The translations under genes were made by a program, and so were the position numbers. Source: Eubacteriales bacterium (lineage in GTDB: Bacteria > Bacillota > Clostridia > Oscillospirales > CAG-272). Taken from it: a stretch of 64,000 bases of DNA. The notes under the pieces were generated by a model that saw only the letters and a list, made by a program, of their open reading frames with translations, was not told where the DNA came from and ran no database searches. Positions 47,750 through 56,213 of the stretch are shown here, one piece after another (within the stretch, counting starts at the first letter, position 1; every line of letters begins with the position of its first letter). Location of the stretch: assembly GCA_045543015.1 (NCBI GenBank), contig JAZQLY010000033.1, positions 32,293 through 96,292 on the forward strand, in the 5' to 3' direction.

Positions 47750-48865
47750 ATGCGAATATTACTGACCGGCGGCGGCACGGCCGGCCACATCAACCCGGCC
47801 ATTGCCATAGCCGATACGGTTAAAAACCGAATGCCGCACGCCGAGATCGCTTTTGTGGGAACACCGAACGGGATGGAGAAAAAACTGGTGTCGGAGGCCG
47901 GCTACCCGATGTACCCTATTCGCATGCAAGGATTCTCCCGCTCGCTTTCCCCCCGTAATATACAAACTGCATTTCTCGCGCTCACCTCACCATACGCAGC
48001 CAGAAAAATATTGGAGGAATTTTCGCCCTCGCTCGTCATCGGGACGGGCGGCTACGTCAGCTGGCCGCTGCTGCGGGCAGCCGCTACGGCAGGGATCCCT
48101 ACCGCGCTGCATGAGTCGAATGCGGTGCCTGGGCTGACCACGAAAAAGCTGGCGCCGTACATGGATGCCCTGTGGCTGAACTTTCGTGAAACGGCGGCGT
48201 ACCTGCCGCCGCGCTGCGTCTCCCCCACGCACACAGGCAATCCGCTGCGGCGCGATTTTTCACAGGTCTCACGCGCCGCAGCGCGAAAGGAGCTGGGGCT
48301 GCAGAAGGAGGATTTTTTCATTTTATCGTTCGGCGGCTCACGCGGGGCGGAACGAATAAACGAGGCGGCCCTGCAATTTATGAAGGAAGAGCTGCCAAAG
48401 GACCCCACCGTTTTTCACCTCCATGCAACGGGCGAAAAGCACTATGAAGCGTGCCGTTCGGCCCTCGGCCAAGCGCCAAGAGGCCAAGCGCACCTCGTTC
48501 CCTATATCTCAAAAATGGCCACTTATATGGCGGCAGCAGACATTGTTGTATGCAGAGCCGGTGCCATGACGCTCTCCGAGCTGGCCCTGTGCGGCAAGTG
48601 CGCCGTCCTTATCCCTTCCCCCCATGTGGCGGGGGATCACCAGCGAAAAAACGCTCTGCTGTTCCAAAAGTGCCATGCAGCCTACATGATCGAGGAAGAT
48701 GAGCTGCCGCAAAATAAGTTCGGAAAAATAGCGTTTTCGCTGCGTTCAGATAGGCACAAGCGGGCTGAAATGGAAAAAAACATCCAAAAAATGGCCATTC
48801 GGGACGCCAACGAGGTCATTTTAGGGGAGATCGAACAACTGGCAAAAAAACGCGGGCAGATTTAA
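47750..48865 (+). CDS. murG: Lipid II GlcNAc transferase
   Basis: GGGTAGHINP, TGGYVS, HESN, GNPLR, GGSRGA, CRAGA. Confidence 0.96.
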   Translation: MRILLTGGGTAGHINPAIAIADTVKNRMPHAEIAFVGTPNGMEKKLVSEAGYPMYPIRMQGFSRSLSPRNIQTAFLALTSPYAARKILEEFSPSLVIGTGGYVSWPLLRAAATAGIPTALHESNAVPGLTTKKLAPYMDALWLNFRETAAYLPPRCVSPTHTGNPLRRDFSQVSRAAARKELGLQKEDFFILSFGGSRGAERINEAALQFMKEELPKDPTVFHLHATGEKHYEACRSALGQAPRGQAHLVPYISKMATYMAAADIVVCRAGAMTLSELALCGKCAVLIPSPHVAGDHQRKNALLFQKCHAAYMIEEDELPQNKFGKIAFSLRSDRHKRAEMEKNIQKMAIRDANEVILGEIEQLAKKRGQI

Positions 48866-48867
48866 AT

Positions 48868-48929
48868 TGTTAACAAATTGTTAATTGTGATCGTTCCCTG
48901 TTGCAATTCTGTCTTTTTTCTTGTATTAT
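48868..48929 (+). promoter_or_regulatory. ftsZ promoter with a WalR-type direct repeat
   Basis: TGTTAA-N5-TGTTAA (48868-48884) upstream of TTGCAA-17-TATTAT (48901-48929). Confidence 0.55.
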
Positions 48930-49005
48930 ATATTTAGTTACATGCAAAAGTTTTTTTGCAGCATGACCGGAATTGTAAAATAACAGCGAGAGCGAGGAAG
49001 AAAAA

Positions 49006-50163
49006 ATGAACGTACAGTTTGAAGACGACCTGTTTGGCAGTGGTGTCAACATCAAGGTAATCGGCGTAGGTGGCGGCGGCAACAACGCTGTCAACCGTAT
49101 GATTGCCACCAACATCCGCGGTGTAGAATTTATTGCCGCAAACACCGACTCTATGGCCCTGCGCACCTCGAACGCCAGCACGAAGCTGATCATTGGTGAA
49201 AAGATCACCAGCGGCTTTGGTGCCGGTGCAAACCCTGAGGTAGGCAAGCGCTCGGCTGAGGAGAGCATTGACGAGATCCGTCAGTCCCTTGAGGGGGCCG
49301 ACATGGTGTTTATCACCAGCGGCATGGGCGGTGGTACCGGTACCGGTGCAGCCCCCGTTGTTGCAAAGGTTGCCCATGAGATGGGCATTCTGACCATCGG
49401 CATCGTAACCAAGCCCTTTGCCTTTGAGGGCAAGAAGCGTATGGTACAGGCCGAGTACGGTATTGATGCACTGAAGGAGCACGTTGACTCCCTGATCATC
49501 ATCCCGAACGAGAGACTGAAGCAGGTTTCTGACACGCGCATTACGCTGGCAAACGCCTTTGAGATCGCAGACGAGGTTCTGCGCCGCGGTGTACAGAGCG
49601 TATCCGAGCTGATCAACGTTCCCGGCTTCGTCAACCTGGACTTTGCAGACGTGACCGCCATCATGAAGGATGCCGGCTACGCACACATGGGCGTTGGCTC
49701 TGCCAGCGGTGCTGACAAGGCTACCTTGGCTGCCAAGGCTGCCATCTCCTCTCCCCTGCTGGAGACCTCGATCGCCGGCGCTACCGGTATTCTGGTAAGC
49801 ATCACCGCTTCTCCTGACATCGGTCTGGAGGACATTGACCTTGCTTCTACCATGATCGCAGAAGAGGCACATCCGGATGCCAACATCATTTGGGGTGCTG
49901 CATTCGATCCCACGCTGGAGGATGAGATGCGCGTCACCATCATCGCTACCGGCTTTAACAGCAACCGCCATGCCGAGATCACGGCCAACGCCGCTGCAGA
50001 AGAGCCTGCTGCTGCCGCACCGATGACCGAGGAAAAGGATGACGAGCCGATCGCCGAGGTTGCCCCTGTTAAGAAGAAGCCCGAGCCGGCTGATCCCTCG
50101 ATCACCGACACCGACTTCAGCGATATCATGAGCATTCTCAAGAAGTCCAAGAAGAAGTTCTAA
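49006..50163 (+). CDS. ftsZ: Cell division protein FtsZ
   Basis: [19 protein letters not shown] tubulin signature, NLDFADV. Confidence 0.98.
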   Translation: MNVQFEDDLFGSGVNIKVIGVGGGGNNAVNRMIATNIRGVEFIAANTDSMALRTSNASTKLIIGEKITSGFGAGANPEVGKRSAEESIDEIRQSLEGADMVFITSGMGGGTGTGAAPVVAKVAHEMGILTIGIVTKPFAFEGKKRMVQAEYGIDALKEHVDSLIIIPNERLKQVSDTRITLANAFEIADEVLRRGVQSVSELINVPGFVNLDFADVTAIMKDAGYAHMGVGSASGADKATLAAKAAISSPLLETSIAGATGILVSITASPDIGLEDIDLASTMIAEEAHPDANIIWGAAFDPTLEDEMRVTIIATGFNSNRHAEITANAAAEEPAAAAPMTEEKDDEPIAEVAPVKKKPEPADPSITDTDFSDIMSILKKSKKKF

Positions 50164-50172
50164 ATTTTCTAC

Positions 50173-50208
50173 ATAAAAACAGCCGACCGGCCGGTCGGCT
50201 GTTTTTAT
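50173..50208. terminator. Bidirectional terminator between ftsZ and pfp (perfect 36-bp palindrome)
   Basis: ataaaaacagccgaccgg|ccggtcggctgtttttat. Confidence 0.88.
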
Positions 50209-50221
50209 ATTTCTTTTATGA

Positions 50222-51460
50222 TCACAAAATGCAATGAACGGGCAAGCCGTTTTCATACGCGGGAGCAACCTCTCCCATGATCAGCGGGCGAAGGTACGAA
50301 ACGCAGGCATCGGTAATGCCGTTCCCGGCCTCGTTGATGTACGCATCCGGCACGTGCTTGACGGCGTTGGCCACCTGCGATACAGGGGACATGCCATACG
50401 TTGCCGAATAATCCCCGCCATCTGCACGCAGGATGGTTGCCATACAACCGCTTTGCCCTTGCAGGGCAAGCGTAACAGCGTGGCTGCCAACAGCAACCGA
50501 CTCTGCAATGTCGGTAGCGGAGGCCAGGTGCGAGGCGCAGCGCTGCGGCAGATTCAGCTCTACCGAGCGGACCTTGCAGCCAAAGCGATCCCTAACGGCC
50601 AGCTCCAACGCCTTGCCGGTACCGGAAAGATACCGGTGACCAAAGGCATCGGCCACGCCGCTTTGCGTCCCCTCGCCCACATAATGCCCTGCGGCATCAC
50701 GCAAGCCCTCCGAGACGGCGATGACAATGTTGGGATGCTTTTCAAAGGCTGCCTCAATATCTGCAAAAAACTGCTCCATATCAAACGCACGCTCCGGCAG
50801 ATAGAGATAGTCTACCCCGCTGCCGCACAAAGCGCCGGGTAGACCGGCAGCCGTTGTCAGCCAACCAGCATCGCGCCCCATGATCTCTACAATGGTAACG
50901 GCACGCACGGTATAGACAGCGCAATCACGCACGATCTCCTGCACGGTGGTAGCGATATACTTCGCCGCCGAGCCAAAGCCGGGCGTGTGGTCGGTGCAGG
51001 TCAGATCGTTGTCGATCGTTTTGGGAACACCTACGATGCGAATAGCGTATTCATGCCTTTCAAAGTGGGCAGACAGCTTGTCAACAGCATCCATCGAATC
51101 GTTGCCGCCGATATAGAAGAAATAACGGATATCATATTGGCGTAAGATGCGCAAAATATCGGCGTAGATCGCCGGATCCTTTTCCGGTGTGGGCAGCTTT
51201 TTGCGACAAGAGCCGAGCGCGGAGGCGGGCGTGTGCTTCAAGGTCTCAAGACGCGTGCGGTCGGCAAACGCCTCATCCAGGTCAAGCAGCCGTTCTGCAA
51301 GCAAGCCCTCTATGCCGTTTTGCATGCCATACAGCTTTCCGATCTTGCCCTCCTTCTGTGCCGCAAAGACCCCTTCGATCACGCTGGCGAGCGTTGCGTT
51401 GATCGCCGCGGTAGGGCCGCCGGACTGGCCGACGATCGCGTTGCCAAACAAATGTTCCAT
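50222..51460 (-). CDS. pfp: Phosphofructokinase, probably PPi-dependent
   Basis: GQSGGPT, GGNDS (Asp at the PPi-determining position), PKTIDND, MGRDAG. Confidence 0.85.
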   Translation of the reverse strand: MEHLFGNAIVGQSGGPTAAINATLASVIEGVFAAQKEGKIGKLYGMQNGIEGLLAERLLDLDEAFADRTRLETLKHTPASALGSCRKKLPTPEKDPAIYADILRILRQYDIRYFFYIGGNDSMDAVDKLSAHFERHEYAIRIVGVPKTIDNDLTCTDHTPGFGSAAKYIATTVQEIVRDCAVYTVRAVTIVEIMGRDAGWLTTAAGLPGALCGSGVDYLYLPERAFDMEQFFADIEAAFEKHPNIVIAVSEGLRDAAGHYVGEGTQSGVADAFGHRYLSGTGKALELAVRDRFGCKVRSVELNLPQRCASHLASATDIAESVAVGSHAVTLALQGQSGCMATILRADGGDYSATYGMSPVSQVANAVKHVPDAYINEAGNGITDACVSYLRPLIMGEVAPAYENGLPVHCIL

Positions 51461-51476
51461 AGTCATACTCCTTGTT

Positions 51477-53981
51477 TTATGATGCCGTATCACGGAAATC
51501 GATCTCAATGGTCTCTAACACGCTGTTACCGGAGGAAACGATAAAGATCTCTTTATATTCTGCAGCGGTGCCGAGATACGAAACTGCAGCCAGCTTGCTG
51601 CAGGAATAGAACACGTGCGTTTCCACCGTGGTGAGCGAACGCGGCAAGCAAACGCTCTCCAGGGCGATACAGTTTTCAAATGCCCCCTCCTTCAGGGTGG
51701 TGACCTTGCTTGGCAGGTCGATCTCCTCCAGCATGGCGCAGCCGGAGAAGGCGTATGCACCGATCTCGGTCAGCGCATTGACGGTCGGAAAATCTACCTT
51801 CTTTAAGCTTAGGCAGCCGTAGAAGGTTTTTTCACCAATAGAGGTCACGTATTTCGGTATCGTGATCTCCTGCAGTCCGATACAGCTGTAAAACGCATTA
51901 TTGCCGATAACCGAGACCGAGGTGGGAAGATCAATGCTCTTCAAGCGGAAGCAAGCGGCAAATGCCCCTTCCCCGATCATCTCAAGGCCGGCACCAAGCG
52001 AAACGCTTTCCAGCTCCGTGCAGCCGGAGAAGGCACCGTCCGGCAGGGCCGTGACGCCACGCGGTACGGAAACGGATTTCAGCCCCTTACAGCCGGAGAA
52101 CACGCCCTCATACAGATAGGTAACGCTGGCCGGAAGATCGACTCTTTCAAGCGCGGTACAATTGCGGAAGGCATACGAGCCGATGTACACGATGCCGTAA
52201 TCCTGCCAATCAATGCTGCGCAGCGAGGAGCATTCCTCAAACGCGTAGGAGAAGAGCATACGGATACCGGCATGCAGGCGGATGGTGCGGATGCCGGCGT
52301 TATGCGAAAAGGCACGGGCACCCAGAATACCAACGTCATATTCCCCGATCTTCTCCGGCAGCACAACGTCGGTTTCCGTGCCGAGGTAACGCGTGATCAT
52401 GGCGTACGAGGTTCCCTCGCTCAAGGTGTAGATCACATAACGGAAGGAACCGTAGGTCAACAGCTCCTCACGGGCATAGCCGTAATAGATCGCATCCTCT
52501 ACTGCATCCGTCCAGCGGGTAGCCCAGCCCTTACTTGACGACTCTGCCTCTGCATAGATGATCAGACGGGGGCAGTTGTAGAAAGCACGGTCTGCGATCG
52601 TTTCGACCGATTTCGGCAAAAATGCTTCTGCCAACGCACGGCAGCCGGCAAAGGCGTAAGCATTTACCGTTGTCACGCTGCTTGGCAAGAAGGCGCTGCG
52701 CAGAGCGGCGCACTGATAGAACGCATAGCTATCAACCGTGACCGTACCATTCGGGATCACGATCTGTGCCAGATTCGGACATTCTGCAAAGGCGTAGTTG
52801 GGAATGGTACGAAGCGCAGACGGGAGAGAGACCTCCACAAGCGACTTGCAAGCACGGAAGGCGGAAACGCCGATCTCCTCCACGGACGAGGGGAGCGTGA
52901 CGGTCAAAAGCGAGGCGCATTCGCGGAACGCATCCTTGCCGATCAGACGAAGGCCATCCGGCAGGGTCACCCGCTCAATCTTTTCAAGGCCGCTGAAGGC
53001 ATTGTCGGAGATCGAGACGGTTCCCGCACGAACCTCCACGTTCGTCATCTCCGTGGGGGTTCCCTTATAGCGATACAAAACGCGACCGGCGTAAACAGCC
53101 CCCTCGGGCTGCATATAGTACCAAAGCGTGGAGTAAAGTGCCGTACCGTCGATCTCCTCGGTGGCGTTGGCAAAGGTGATATCGGCAAGGCCCGTACACC
53201 CCTCAAACGCGCGGTCACGGATAACGGTGACCGAGGACGGGACGCGCAAGGAGGAAAGCGAGGAGCAGCCGGCAAACAAGCTGCTCTCCAAAACGGTGAG
53301 CTGCTCCGGCAGGGCGACCGTTTTCAACGCGGTACAATCATGAAAGGCAAACTTACTGATGCTTTTTACCGTAGCAGGGATATCGACCTGCGTGAGTGAG
53401 GAGCATTCTTCAAAGGCACCGCGACCAATGGCGGTAATGCCCTGCTCCAGCGTTACGCTGCGCAGATCGGTACAGCCGAAGAACAGGCTGCGCGCCACCG
53501 TGCCGACCGATGCAGGAAGTGTGATCTCCTGCAGCGAGGTACATTCTGCAAACGCACGGTCACCGAGTGAGGAAACAAAGCCAAGCCCCTCTACCTGCTG
53601 CAAGGCAGAGCAGCCGGAAAACGCATCGTTCCCCACCGTACCAACGCTGCTTGGCAGGGTGATGCGGACGAGGGATGCGCAGCGGTAGAAGGCGTAGGGG
53701 GCGATGCCCGTTACGGGAAGCGTAACGGTCTTCCCCTCCTGCAGGATCTCTACCGAGGCAGGCACCGTTACCTCTGCCTCGCTGCCGTTATAGGTATAGA
53801 CCAGCAGCCGGTCGCCCATATCCTGATAGGTAAAATCACCAACCGTCACCTTGGTCAACACCACGGAGGGCTCCTCCGGCGTTGCCTCGTGGTTCAGACG
53901 TGGCTTTGCACACGCGGCAGACACGCACACGACCAAGGCCAGCAACAGGCACAGCAGCAAGCATTTTAAAACTTTTTTCAT
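51477..53981 (-). CDS. BspA-type (TpLRR/LRR_5) leucine-rich-repeat lipoprotein
   Basis: Signal peptide with lipobox-like VSAAC; more than 20 repeats of LxxIxLPxSVxxIGxxAFxxC. Confidence 0.9.
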   Translation of the reverse strand: MKKVLKCLLLCLLLALVVCVSAACAKPRLNHEATPEEPSVVLTKVTVGDFTYQDMGDRLLVYTYNGSEAEVTVPASVEILQEGKTVTLPVTGIAPYAFYRCASLVRITLPSSVGTVGNDAFSGCSALQQVEGLGFVSSLGDRAFAECTSLQEITLPASVGTVARSLFFGCTDLRSVTLEQGITAIGRGAFEECSSLTQVDIPATVKSISKFAFHDCTALKTVALPEQLTVLESSLFAGCSSLSSLRVPSSVTVIRDRAFEGCTGLADITFANATEEIDGTALYSTLWYYMQPEGAVYAGRVLYRYKGTPTEMTNVEVRAGTVSISDNAFSGLEKIERVTLPDGLRLIGKDAFRECASLLTVTLPSSVEEIGVSAFRACKSLVEVSLPSALRTIPNYAFAECPNLAQIVIPNGTVTVDSYAFYQCAALRSAFLPSSVTTVNAYAFAGCRALAEAFLPKSVETIADRAFYNCPRLIIYAEAESSSKGWATRWTDAVEDAIYYGYAREELLTYGSFRYVIYTLSEGTSYAMITRYLGTETDVVLPEKIGEYDVGILGARAFSHNAGIRTIRLHAGIRMLFSYAFEECSSLRSIDWQDYGIVYIGSYAFRNCTALERVDLPASVTYLYEGVFSGCKGLKSVSVPRGVTALPDGAFSGCTELESVSLGAGLEMIGEGAFAACFRLKSIDLPTSVSVIGNNAFYSCIGLQEITIPKYVTSIGEKTFYGCLSLKKVDFPTVNALTEIGAYAFSGCAMLEEIDLPSKVTTLKEGAFENCIALESVCLPRSLTTVETHVFYSCSKLAAVSYLGTAAEYKEIFIVSSGNSVLETIEIDFRDTAS

Positions 53982-54028
53982 GGATCTTCTCCGTTCAAGC
54001 GTTCTCTCAAACGCAATATGTCTTTACT

Positions 54029-54057
54029 ATTTTACCATACAAGGCGGCGCATGTCAA
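54029..54057 (-). promoter_or_regulatory. sigmaA promoter of LRR-pfp
   Basis: TTGACA-17-TAAAAT with extended -10 TG. Confidence 0.75.
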
Positions 54058-54079
54058 TGCGCAGCCGCTGTGTGGTGTG

Positions 54080-54556
54080 TTACTTTTTCTTGAACAGGCG
54101 GCGGCAGATCGCGGCAAGAGCGATCAGCAGCAGCATGCCGCAGGTAGCGCCTGCCGTGTCAATGCCTACGTCAACGAAAGAGGCAGCACGGCCGGGCACA
54201 AAATACTGGATACCCTCGTCTGCCAAGGCGACAGCCGCACAGCAGCCAAGGCCTCCCAAATAGCGAAGCAACCGCCTTTCCTTGTACGGGGCAAGAAAAA
54301 GTGCCGTTTCCGCACCAAGAAGGGCAAATTCTGAAAAATGTGCCACCTTGCGCAGATTGTGATACAGAAAGCGAAACGGCTCCTGCGTGACGTCAAACAG
54401 CTTGGCAAACAACGCACGGAAATAGCCGCTTTGCTGCGTGGAGGCACCTGCCTCCTTCAAGGAGTTCGACCAAATAAAGGCAGCGGTAGATAGCATACAG
54501 GCAAGCAGGATCAGCTGCCAGGCAGACAGGCAAAAAGCTTCCCGTTTTTTCCTCAT
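54080..54556 (-). CDS. VanZ-family membrane protein
   Basis: RKVAHFSEFALLG, DEGIQYFVPGR, DVGID. Confidence 0.9.
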   Translation of the reverse strand: MRKKREAFCLSAWQLILLACMLSTAAFIWSNSLKEAGASTQQSGYFRALFAKLFDVTQEPFRFLYHNLRKVAHFSEFALLGAETALFLAPYKERRLLRYLGGLGCCAAVALADEGIQYFVPGRAASFVDVGIDTAGATCGMLLLIALAAICRRLFKKK

Positions 54557-55446
54557 AGCAGCTCTTTTTCCGCAAAGACGTAGCTGCTGTTACAGAAGCG
54601 GCAGCAGATCTCCAGCTCGCGTGCCTTCCCCTCGGCCTCCTGCTCGTCAAGCAGGGTGCGCAGCTGCTTTTCACCAAGGCTGAGAAGGGTCTTGTGCATC
54701 CGCTCTCTGCCGCAGGTACACCGATATTCGACCTCCAGCTCATCAAACGGGTCAAACGGGATATCCCGCAAGGCCAGCTCTGCGATCTCCATATTGCTCA
54801 TACCGCGGCGGAAGCAATCGGACAGGTTGGCAAGATCCTTGACGTTGCGCTCCAACAGGTCGATCGTCTCCTCTGCCGCGAAGGGGAGAAGCTGGATCAG
54901 CACGCCGCCGGCGGCAAGGCAGGTATGGTCAACGTCTACCAGCACGCCAAGCGCACAGATGGTAGGCAGCTGCTCACTATTGGCAAAGTAGGAGGCAATA
55001 TCCTCGGCGATCTCACCGCTGACAAGCGGCACCGTGCCGCTTTGCGGCATGTCTGCGCCTGCGATCTGCCGCACAAGAGAAAGGCTCCCCCGCCCTACGG
55101 CTGCACCAACGTCCAGCTTGCCGTTGGATTTACGCGGCGGGTCGACCGACGGGTTTTGAATGTAACCGCGCACGTTTCCGTAATAGTCGCTCACGCAAAG
55201 CAAGCGTCCTGCCTCGCCGTCTCCCGCAATGGAAACGGTAACGGTATCGGTCTTTTCCGGCAGCATCACACCGATCATGGAGGTGGCCGTCAGCAAGCGG
55301 CCGATCGCCGCCGTAGCGGTAGGCGCGGTTTTGTGATAGGCAATGGCGCGATTGACGATGGCACGGGAGTTCAGCACCGTGACGCGCGCACTGCCGTCAC
55401 GCGTCATGCCGCGCAGCATCAGCGATCTTTCGTTCTGTTCTTTCAT
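54553..55446 (-). CDS. hslO: Hsp33 redox-regulated chaperone
   Basis: PLVSGEIAEDIASYFANSEQ, GGVLIQLLP, zinc motif CTC...CRFC. Confidence 0.95.
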   Translation of the reverse strand: MKEQNERSLMLRGMTRDGSARVTVLNSRAIVNRAIAYHKTAPTATAAIGRLLTATSMIGVMLPEKTDTVTVSIAGDGEAGRLLCVSDYYGNVRGYIQNPSVDPPRKSNGKLDVGAAVGRGSLSLVRQIAGADMPQSGTVPLVSGEIAEDIASYFANSEQLPTICALGVLVDVDHTCLAAGGVLIQLLPFAAEETIDLLERNVKDLANLSDCFRRGMSNMEIAELALRDIPFDPFDELEVEYRCTCGRERMHKTLLSLGEKQLRTLLDEQEAEGKARELEICCRFCNSSYVFAEKELL

Positions 55447-56213
55447 ACATTCTCCTTTATCGCACGAGCGACGATATAATAGCGTTCGCAATCCTCACGC
55501 GGTTCTTCAAACGCAAAATTTCCGCAAACGGTGACCAGCTCAAGCCCGTTTTCCGCAAGCAGGCGGCGCAGGGAAAGCAGCGTGTACACCCGCTCACGCT
55601 GGTGGGCATCCTGCCTTGTGTAGCGGCCGTCCGCCTCCTCCGAAAACAGGCTGATGTAAAAGTCGCACACCCGTGCGGCCGGCCGGTAATCATTCTGCCA
55701 GGCGCACAGCACGCCGTTTTCCTCTAACAGATACGCGCGGTCTCCGTACACGTGCTCAAATTTATACGGCGTGTTCACGTCAAACAAGAAGAGGCCGTTT
55801 GGCACGAGATAATTATGCACCCAATGAAAGCAGCGGGAAAGCGCTGCTCTGTCGGTGACGTGGTTGACGGCATCCAGGCAGCAAACGACCGCCTCTACCG
55901 TGCCGTACAGCTCAAATTCACTCATATCCTGACACAGGTACAGGATACGGTCAGACAGCCCCTGCTGCGCAGCCCGCTCATGCGCGACGGCAAGCATATC
56001 CGCAGATGCGTCTACCCCGATCATATCATAGCCGCGGGCGGCAAGCTCCAACGCCATGCTGCCGGTACCGCAGGCCAGGTCCAAAACGGCATCAACCTTT
56101 CCCGGGAAATATTTTTCAAAGCATTCTTCCAAAAAATCTGCCCAGGTGTGATAATCCACTTCACCGTTCAAGGCATCGTAAAACGGTGCCAATGCACCGT
56201 AGAGATCATCCAT
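55443..56213 (-). CDS. Class I SAM-dependent methyltransferase
   Basis: VLDLACGTG, GVDASADML, LCQDM, GLFLFDVNT. Confidence 0.9.
   Translation of the reverse strand: MDDLYGALAPFYDALNGEVDYHTWADFLEECFEKYFPGKVDAVLDLACGTGSMALELAARGYDMIGVDASADMLAVAHERAAQQGLSDRILYLCQDMSEFELYGTVEAVVCCLDAVNHVTDRAALSRCFHWVHNYLVPNGLFLFDVNTPYKFEHVYGDRAYLLEENGVLCAWQNDYRPAARVCDFYISLFSEEADGRYTRQDAHQRERVYTLLSLRRLLAENGLELVTVCGNFAFEEPREDCERYYIVARAIKENV

Noticed and set aside
54080-54556. VanZ as evidence of a glycopeptide-resistance cluster
   Set aside because: No vanHAX or vanRS; stand-alone VanZ-like genes are common in Bacillota.
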